Shown in pieces: positions 54,634-64,000 of a DNA stretch of 64,000 nt; the stretch's first letter is position 1, and each line of letters opens with the position of its first letter. The stretch comes from Octopus vulgaris (taxonomy: Eukaryota). The DNA lies in assembly GCA_951406725.2 (NCBI GenBank), contig OX597825.1, positions 12,772,001-12,836,000 of the forward strand, written 5' to 3'. The notes beneath the pieces are model-generated. The model was given only the letters and a program-made list of their open reading frames with translations, was not told the DNA's origin and ran no database searches. Made by a program: the position numbers and the translations under genes.

Positions 54634-55557
54634 ATCCATTATAACCTTCGAACAGGGCTTCCTATTTACTGCTGGCAGGAGACTTCCTATGCAATGTTAC
54701 AACTTAACTCGAATCTTGAAAGAAGGCATAAAAGTGCTACCACTCCTTGGTCCAACTGGTGGATTATCCAGTCCAAGTAAAGCAATAGCCACTAAATTAT
54801 TGTTATCACAAATTTTATTCAGAAACAATTGACTGCGTAGATTAACATCATAGTACTTAGCTATTAATTCTGGGGGCATTTTTATCTGTGGAACTTTATC
54901 ATCGTTAATTTTCTATTTGCCACAGCCGAGGGTAGTTTTCTCAGCACCCCAAAGGTAAGCTTTGCAGCCAGGGCATGTTCTGTTGAAAACGTTTCCACAG
55001 TAGTGTAACATAAGGCTTGAGTTTTGTTCTTTCTCATGAAAATCTGCCACATCAACTTCCATAGGCATTCTCTCAGGGTCAGTTCTTTGCTGACGAAGTC
55101 TCGATTGGTGTCCTGTCTGGTTGTTTGCTTGTCGCTACTGAATTTATGGCAGCGACGTCCGTGCTTCTGTTTCTTGTGGTGTTTCCATTGGACAGCTTTT
55201 CTGTGTTCACAGCCGATTCACATTACCCAGAGCATCTCTTTTTCCAGGTCTTTCCATTGCACGGGTATCCTGTGTTGTCATCCGATTCTCATTCCTCCGT
55301 GCTTCTGAATCTTCTGGTCTTTCCATTTCACGAATGTCTTGTCTCCTCAACCGATCTGCATTTCTCTGCACCTCTGTTTCTTCAGACGTTTCCATTGCAC
55401 GGGTTTCTTGTATTCCCCTTCGTTTTATTTCGTGACACTGAGAAGAGCTAGGCCCTTGTCTGTTTTCTTCAATTAGCGTCCGTTGACTTACCTCAGCAAT
55501 CTTATGTGAACGGGAATTATTATCGGTACATATAGTTCCCTTTCGTTTTTCTGGCAT
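54634..55557 (-). pseudogene. Helitron Rep-Helicase N-terminal fragment (stops and frameshifts)
   Basis: One frame reads HYCGNVFNRTCPGCKAYLWGAEKTTLGCGK*...PPELIAKY...SQLFLNKICDNN...FKIRVKL*HCIGSLLP, matching the Helitron Zn-finger and YHRIGSLLP motifs. Upstream are charged ETRAMET.EE..RLR repeats. Confidence 0.75.
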
Positions 55558-56397
55558 AGTGTACTGTTGAAAGGGTGAATACTCATGACAATAATACGTT
55601 GAAAGTTTTGAGACGATTCAGCTAGTATTTGAGCTAATTTCTCTGAACGGGAAGTTTACACGGTATTAATTGTAAATATTTACCTTGCGTATTTATCTAC
55701 AATTACACGACTCTCGCTAAACCCTATTTTAAAGTGTGATTTTTATGTTGTTGAATTGTTCTGAACGATTTTAGCTATAAAAATGTCGGAAATTTAGTAT
55801 TTTTTAAGGTAATAATAAAATTAGTCGAACATATTTTCTTGCGGTCGAATGCGTAAAGTTACCGAAATGTTCATACTTTTTACATCTGCTATTTCAGAAT
55901 TCTACGCATGCGTGAAATATCAGACGACTGTACATACAATAATATATTCATACACGCAAAGATGTATACAGACATAATAATAGCTACGATGGCCGACGGC
56001 GTGAAAATAGGTCCGATAAATTTTATTAATGTCTTACAAAATACTAATATTTTTTATGGTCAAATTCGTTTAGAGCAATTCAATAACATAAAAGTCGCAC
56101 TTTAAGATAGCGTTTAGCGAATATGGTGTAAATGTTATTTTAACCAAAGACTGACAGATTTTTTTTTTCAAAATGACACAGATAGAAATATTGGATAAAC
56201 GCAACCGATTAAGAGAGAATGAAGTAAGAGAAATAGTAAATATGTGTGTGTGGGTGAGAGAGAGAGAGAGAGAGAGTTATGAGAGGTAACATTGTATGAG
56301 AGAGCGAGTTCAATGCGTAATGTATATATGTATATATACGTGAGCGAGAAATATCAAAGTAACACCCTAGTCGCATATATATATATATAATAAAAAT

Positions 56398-56645
56398 AGA
56401 TGCACCCTTTTAAAGCCTAGCCAGGCTCGGTTCCCGGTTTCTATGGCGTATGTGTTCCCCAGCTGGACGGGACACCAGTCCATCGCAGCGTTACTCATTT
56501 TTGCCAGCTGAGTGGACTGGAGCAACGTGAAATGAAGTGTTTTGCTCAAGGACACAATGTATTGTCTGGTCCAGGAAGCGAAACCACAATCCGGAACCAT
56601 GTGGTTGGTATACCAGCTACTTACCACACAGCCACTCCTGCGCCT
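56398..56645 (-). mobile_element. Chimeric SINE: family B head on a CORE-containing C-type body
   Basis: B head at 56591-56645. Body ccttgagcaaaacactt...gcgatggactggtgtcccgtccag...tacgccatagaaaccggg. Confidence 0.7.
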
Positions 56646-56860
56646 ATAAATATACATACATATACACACACACTCAAATGTATGCTTTATAAAATCAATT
56701 GAAGCGAACTCAGTATGTACCGATCCAGGGAGATACTATAGAGTTGTTTATCTTAAACATTTCCATATGACTCATATTATTCAATGCGGTGAGGCAGAAC
56801 GCAGATTACGTCACAGTGGTCATAAAGCAGCTACCCATTTCCTTTAATTATAAATGCAAA

Positions 56861-57086
56861 CAGCAATCCCTGGCCATATCGCTGTTCACCTATCCTGGTG
56901 TATTATTTAAGTTTTGCGCCGACTCCTCCGCGGTCTTGTTTTGCATTTGTAATAAAATAAATATATGCAAATTATAAAAATATTGAAAAATCCAATATAC
57001 AGTACGGTACTGTTACTACTTCACGGATTTTCACGTATCGCGGAAGATTCTTGAACGTAACACCCGCGATAACTGAGAGATTACAT
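56861..57086. mobile_element. pogo/Tigger-like MITE (sister of 40319)
   Basis: cagcaatccctggccatatcgc ... gaacgtaacacccgcgataactgagagattaca. Confidence 0.6.
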
Positions 57087-57716
57087 TATATATATTTGTT
57101 TATTGGTTTGTTTGTGTGAATGTATGTGCGTACGTGTGCGTATGTGTGTGTACTTGTGTGTGTGTGTACGTATATGCGGGTGCATGTATGTAGTTGTGAA
57201 TGTGTGGGTGTACGTGTGGGTGACTGCTGTTTCCGCGTTTGTCGGTACAATCAAAAGGTTCCTTCTGGTTTATTATTCTTTTATATATATATAAACCTAC
57301 TCACTGGCCAGTCAGTGCAACATGATTGATCTGCGCAGGCAATCTATGCCAAAAGAGGACAACTCCTGTGTCTGCCCGTCGGAAGAGATCGATATATGTG
57401 TCTCTATATACATACACACTCGCATACATACATACATACACTCAAACGCCTACATACATACATACATACATACATACATACATACATACATACATGCATA
57501 CATACGTTCATGCATGCATATATACATACATACAAACGGCGGTGCATCAGCATGGCCGCAGCTCTGAACTGAAACTTTAAAGAAAAAAACATATACACAT
57601 ACATACATATTAGCATACATACATTCATGTATGCATATATACATATACTCATACATACATACTGGCATTCCCTACATACATACATACATACATACATACA
57701 TACATACATACATACA

Positions 57717-57749
<33 letters not shown>

Positions 57750-58140
57750 TTATGCATGCATATATACATACTTACATACGCAATAAAGATTAATACCAAA
57801 TTTGTCTTCTGTTTCCTTAATCGGAGCTCCTGAAATAGATCCAACGGAAATATACCCCAACTGCGGATGACACCAGGTCGCCCAAACCGTAGTAGTACTT
57901 TACTCAACACATCAACACACCAACTGACATATAACCTTTACTCCCCAAAATTATATACATACGGACACACACAAAGATACATACACACACTTATGTATAT
58001 ATATATATATATATATGCATATATATAGAGACAAGTAATATATATGTATACGTATTAAGTATATCCACACATATATATGTATATATATATACACACACAC
58101 ATATATATTTATATACATATATATAGATACATATATATAG

Positions 58141-58190
<50 letters not shown>

Positions 58191-58343
58191 CTTTGGAGCC
58201 ACGTATTTTAATCGTTAGGATGTTGTACTCTACATTTTAAGGTTGTAGTTCAAATTCCAGTACCGGGAGATGAGCTGTGCTCTTAAGCAAAATATTTATT
58301 TCATGTTTACTGCAGTCTACTCTGCGGGCATAAATGGGGAATC

Positions 58344-58521
<178 letters not shown>

Positions 58522-58548
58522 ATGTATACATTTAAATGTATGTATATA

Positions 58549-58595
<47 letters not shown>

Positions 58596-58659
58596 AATTA
58601 AGTCAAGACAAATAGTAAGGCCTTGCGATCATTTAATACGGAAGTTTCAGTGCATTATA

Positions 58660-59573
58660 TCTCTTATTATAAAAGGCAGATTTTATCTGCCTCCCTTTGT
58701 CACTTATAGAAATCTACAATATAGGATTTCTTCAATTACAATTTACCTAGCATTTTTAAGAGTAGAATGCATCGGGTCATGCGAGGTCCAGTTTTAAAAA
58801 TTTAAACTCCAATTAAGCAAAATTTACAGAAAACTCACATTCTGGTGTGTATGTCAAATGCTTTTCTTAGTCTGGTTTACAGCACACGCAAACGCACACA
58901 CACAGTGTGCAACGAATAAAGTGAAACTAATTCACTGGGTGTGTGTTGACAGGTAGACAATAGAATGCGATGGCGATGTAATATTTGTTTCTCTCTATGA
59001 CGCTCATAAAAGCATTGATGTACATGTGTGCGTGCGTGAGTGTGTGTGTGTGTGTCATTCCTCACACACACGCATACACATACTATATGACAGTGACAAA
59101 CAAACGTTTCAAACAACTACATACAAACACGTGTGTGTTTGTTAATATAGGATTTCTTCAATTACAATTTACCTAGCATTTTTAAGAGTAGAATGCATCG
59201 GGGCATGCCAGGTCCAGGTTTTAAAATTTAAACTCCAATTAAGCAAAATTTACAGAAAACTCACATTCTGGTGTGTATGTCAAATGCTTTTCTTAGTCTG
59301 GTTTACAGCACACGCAAACGCACACACACAGTGTGCAACGAATAAAGTGAAACTAATTCACTGGGTGTGTGTTGACAGGTAGACAATAGAATGCGATGGC
59401 GATGTAATATTTGTTTCTCTCTATGACGCTCATAAAAGCATTGATGTACAAGTGTGCGTGCGTGAGTGTGTGTGTGTCATTCCTCACACACACGCATACA
59501 CATACATATATGAGAGTGGCAAACACAAACGTTTCAAACAACTACATACAAACACGTGTGTGTTTGTTATTAG
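58660..59573 (+). mobile_element. Probable non-autonomous Helitron with an internal 426-bp tandem duplication
   Basis: A|TCTCTTATTATAAAA start. Units 58718-59143 and 59144-59568. 3' hairpin acaaacac/gtgtttgt followed by TTAG|T. Confidence 0.55.
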
Positions 59574-59808
59574 TAAAAAAGGCGCCAAAACACAACTCAC
59601 TTATCATTCCAACACATTTGCAAAGACACACGGACGGTCGAATAACAATACAGAAAAGGTAAATTGGTTTTTATTTTACTCTGTATATATTTTATTACAT
59701 AATATTATATATAGATATATGTATATATAATTGCAGTATGAAACAGTGTTTATGTATAAACAGACGACACTTATATATAGTTATTAATAAATGTATGCAT
59801 CCGTTTAA

Positions 59809-60882
59809 CCCTTTCGTTACCAAACCGCCCGAAAAAATGTTGGTTAATGTGACCAAGCCGCCCGAATTTACCTATTCATATTTAAATGAGAATATCAGAG
59901 TAAATCTCTTTAGAACATTCGTGAAAACACGTATTATACTTCGTAAACAGTTCAACTACAGTTTTGTACAAAAATCGAAGTGTAATTTTAATTCCGTGAA
60001 TTATGGGAGATTTTTTTCCGAAATTTGTTCCTATTGTGTTTTCAAAATTTCTAATTCTGACAAAAAATGGATACGAATTTCATTATATCAAGCAGCGAGT
60101 CAGAATTCGAAGGATTTTATACTGAAGACCTTCATAAATCTAACTCTATGACTGAAAAAAAAAGCATGTGGTATTTGATCTCAACCTAAACAAAGCGAAA
60201 GAAACGATAGTTTGTTATTTCCCACAACCTTAAATGAAATTAAGGCCTATTTTGCCATAAATATTATTATGGGTATTAGAAAGTTACCCAGAATAACAAA
60301 TTCTATCGTAAAATTTGGTTGTATACCCAAGGCGCAATGGGTATAATTGGAGGCGCAATGGCCTAGTGGTTAGGGCAGCGGACTTGCGGTCGGAGGATCG
60401 CGGTTTCGATTCCCAGACCGGGCGTTGTGTGTGTTTATTGAGCGAAAAACACCTAAAAGCTCCACGAGGCTCCGGCAGGAGGTGGTGATCCCTGCTGTAT
60501 TCTTTCACCACTCTAAAGGCGGTGCTCCAGCATGGCCGCAGTCAAATGACTGAAACAAGTACAAAAAAAAAAAAAAAAAAAAAATGAATATTAGCTAATA
60601 ACCCATTTTCTATAGCGATGTTTGAACAAAATTTTAATAATTTTATATATTGTTGAATTTACCTGTATCTACCTGCAATTAGAGTCACTTTGTGACAAAA
60701 AATATAGTATAGAATTGGTTGAGAACATTTCACTAAATTATCTTCCAAAAATCAGATTAATATATTCATAAATAAAAAAGTTATAGTTGTTTAATGAAAC
60801 CAGACTAAATTTATGATTACGTTAGAAATTAATTGAAACACATAAGGGGTGTATTTTGGTCAGAAATATAGTAACGAAAGGG
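59809..60882. mobile_element. Non-autonomous piggyBac-type element
   Basis: TTAA at 59805-59808 and 60883-60886. Perfect 12-bp TIR CCCTTTCGTTAC/GTAACGAAAGGG. Confidence 0.85.
60349..60584 (+). mobile_element. SINE family C head/body with a family B 3' end and poly(A), nested in the piggyBac element
   Basis: A-box tggcctagtgg, B-box gtttcgattcc, then aaaggcggtgctccagcatggccgcagtcaaatgactgaaacaagt and an A tract. Confidence 0.8.
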
Positions 60883-60994
60883 TTAAGAAAAACAAAAAAA
60901 TATTTTATTCTTTGTAAATGTTGTGTTCAAAATAACATTTTCTTTTAAGAATGTGTATATAACAAAGTATGTGTATATAACTACGTGGCTTATA

Positions 60995-61392
60995 TCTTTA
61001 TATATAAAGAGTGAAGTTGTGTGTCTGTCTCCTACGATTTAGATTCGTAACTACTCCCACATTTTGCGGTGCAGTTTAACCAAAAGCGGGTATCTTATAG
61101 TCGTGATTCATATCGAGCCCTTCTGGGTATTAGCGCGCGTCTACAATGAGTCTACGATTTTAAAAAAATTACCATCATATTTTTCCATTTTAATGCATAT
61201 TTTTCGTTATTATATAAGGGAAGTAACTCTCTAAAAATATCTACGATGTGTCAACGATTTAAAAAAAAAATTACCTTAATTTTTTTTCAATTTTTAATGC
61301 ATTTTTTAGCTATTTTTTGGCTATAACTCTCTAAAAATGCTTATATAGTTATTTCCTTTACAAACCCGAGCAACGCCAGGCGATACTGCTAG
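60995..61392 (+). mobile_element. Non-autonomous Helitron
   Basis: A|TC 5' end (tctttatatataaa), GC-rich subterminal hairpin cccgagcaacgccagg (61365-61380), CTAG|T 3' end, no TSD. Confidence 0.85.
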
Positions 61393-61444
61393 TATAATAT
61401 AAAATGCTCCCATTATGTAAATTTTCGTCAGTCAACGCGTACCA

Positions 61445-61500
<56 letters not shown>

Positions 61501-63151
61501 TGCTGGTTCCAACTATTAATGTAGGAAGGAACTTTAGCTAGCAAAAGGAAAATCTTCGCTACCACATTAGAATATTATTAAAGTTTTTACCGTTACTACA
61601 AAAAATAGACATTAAAAATAAACATTAAAAAAAAAAAAAATTATATTTATATGTATGTGTGTTTTTGTGTAAGTTTGCAAGCATGAGTGTGCGTGCACGT
61701 GCGCGTGCTTATGTATTTTAAGAAGTTTAACTGTTTTGGGGCCAGTTAACCCACATGCACACATATATATGTGTGCATGTTTATGTATGTGTGACGTATA
61801 CCTGTTTCTGATTACCGGTGTAGACCGATATATTCCTATGTTCTGTTATTATAAATGGTATATAGCATTATAGTTTGATCCATACATCTAAATACTATAA
61901 TTGCAATTGAAAACTTTTCCGCTGGTTACATGGTGAACGGTGCCCTTTGATGACCGCAATCTAATGCTTGAAAGCAATACGATATTCAATTTATAAAAAG
62001 ATTTCTAATGCATTGTACATTAATATGCAGTATAATACACATGTGTCTATTATATTTAGAAGAGTTTTAGAAGATGGAAATATTTGAGTCTATTTGAAAT
62101 GGTTTCTCTTTTGGACAAAGTAAATATATCAGTTTATCACCGGATATTTTATTGATTTCTGTAAATATTCTTTAATGATTGGTAATTACTGTGGCAATGA
62201 TAAAGCGCTTCCTGTCTTTCTCTTGTATGAAGTACATTTTTCAGAATTTATTTTGCCTTTTAATACTGAGTCTTGCCTTCATCGTTCAATGACATTCGCC
62301 GTAATTTCACATTTCCATAATTATCAAATATAACAATGGTTGTTTCAATTTCTAATTGACAATTGAAATTTCATTGCTGTCTTAACGAAACCCCTGAGGA
62401 TATATCTTTAGTTTTGCTTTAGAATATTAATTCTCTTTATCAGTGTCGACTCCAACATGAAAATATCATCGGTGATTTTCAGTAAGAATAATTTGCAGAG
62501 GTTAAATATCGATTAGCCTACATTGAACGAAAACTCCCAATAATTGTAATAAGACTTGCAACATTGCTATCGGATAATGCCATTTGCGTGCTATTATCGA
62601 AAATAACCTATTGCAAATTGTTAATACGATTTAGTCAAATGAGTAAGCCTAGTTAGCACCAATGACCGTTGCATGACCTCGGAGACAGATGCAACGGGAA
62701 GAATCTACGAGAGAAATTGATTTGAATCTTCTTATTAAGCCGGCGGGAAATCAGCCGTCTTGACTGGGCATCCCCAACAAATATAGCAGCCTCTTGTGAT
62801 ATTACGCATGGGGCCTTTCTGACATTGTATGCATTAGAGCTTTCTAGGACTTGATAGCTCCGAAATATTCGATTCAGAAATACAGAAGTTTGTTGTTATT
62901 CATTTAAAAATACTTGAGAAGCAACTAATTTTTTTTCCAATTATATTTCACACCAGAAAAATGAATAATTCCTGTTTGTACAAGAACTGAATAGCACTTT
63001 ATGTATATATGGATAGATTTTTTAGGAAGTTAAAAGTAACAGCCGATCATAGAGTGATCATTGGTTTCGCACCAATACAGCGCTTAACAGTATAGGCGAT
63101 ACATCAGACTCATGTGGCTGAAAGCGCATAGAACTACCTACCATATATATA

Positions 63152-63272
<121 letters not shown>

Positions 63273-63888
63273 AGAGAGAGAGGGGGAGGGAGAGAGAGAG
63301 GGGGAGGGAGAGAGAGAAAGAGAAATAGAGAGAGAGGTGGGGGCAGATAGAAGGATAGATATATAGATAGATGTACAGATAATAGATGGTCTTAAAATAT
63401 AGAGTATATTACTGATTTAAAAATCATTAACCTACGATAGGTGGCCTTGTTTTTTCTTCTCTTTCCTTTTCTCCTAGGTGGTGTCCTTGGGACAGCGAGA
63501 CCTGTGTACAATAAGTGTGTTGATCCGAAACTAAACTTTAAGACCAATTACTTTAAAATGATTTCGATCACTTTGCAATCAGAATTATGTACCTAACTGC
63601 AAACATATTTTGCTCTTTAGGAGGTTGATGTATATTTACAGTTCCTCAGTTGCTAAAGTTTAAACAAAACCCCGTGCTAGAAATCCATCGTGTTTTCTAA
63701 TTTAATATGTAATCGAAACAACCCTAATCCAGACCCCGCATCACTTCTTACTGATAAATCAACCACGAGTTCAACTCTCCCCTTATACAAAATATCTCCA
63801 GCCTCATTTATTGTTCATGTTTTCTATCTTCTCTCTTTTCTCGAGATTTATTCCACTTTTGGTGCATTTCATCCCTCATTTATCTTAT

Positions 63889-64000
63889 ACCTATTTCTTT
63901 ACTACCCACAAGGGGCTAAACACAGGGAGGAGAAACGAGGACACACAAAGGGATGAAGTCGATTATATCGACCCCAGTGCGTAACTGGTACCTATTTAAT
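63889..64000 (-). mobile_element. SINE family A 3' part (runs off the window)
   Basis: acctatttctttactacccacaaggggctaaacac...gaccccagtgcgtaactggtac. Confidence 0.8.

Noticed and set aside
57860-57896. actgcGGATGA...CAAACcGTAgtagt hammerhead-like string
   Set aside because: Two core defects and poor stem II; compatible with chance.
60349-60425. tRNA-like sequence (also 44027, 47573, and ~39350-39425 minus)
   Set aside because: A and B boxes are present, but there is no proper acceptor stem and the sequence continues into a SINE body; it is a SINE head.
63450-63600. Strong polypyrimidine-AG acceptor at 63477
   Set aside because: No convincing donor or recognisable peptide downstream.

Overview
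AT-rich eukaryotic non-coding DNA (intron or intergenic), dense in microsatellites ((TA)n, (CA)n, (TATC)n, triplet tracts) and interspersed repeats. The SINE families resemble those I recall from octopus genomes; this taxon call is an inference. No intact host gene is supportable, and nearly all listed ORFs are microsatellite artefacts. Recognisable content: three tRNA-derived SINE families (over 20 copies, including TSD-bounded multimers and chimeras), three decayed Tc1/mariner elements, pogo-like MITEs, a TTAA-flanked piggyBac-type element, two non-autonomous Helitrons, a Helitron Rep-Hel pseudogene fragment, and the 3' end of an L1/Tx1-type LINE whose tail resembles the main SINE's tail. 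The most notable signal is a set of mutually unrelated short islands beside or inside (TA)n arrays. Several are head-to-head fold-backs, and several carry type I minimal hammerhead ribozyme motifs with palindromic stem III, consistent with Penelope-like pLTR or retrozyme-like remnants. The intact pair lies at 17922-17964(-) and 17999-18041(+). All alignments and folds were done by eye, so coordinates may be off by a few bases.
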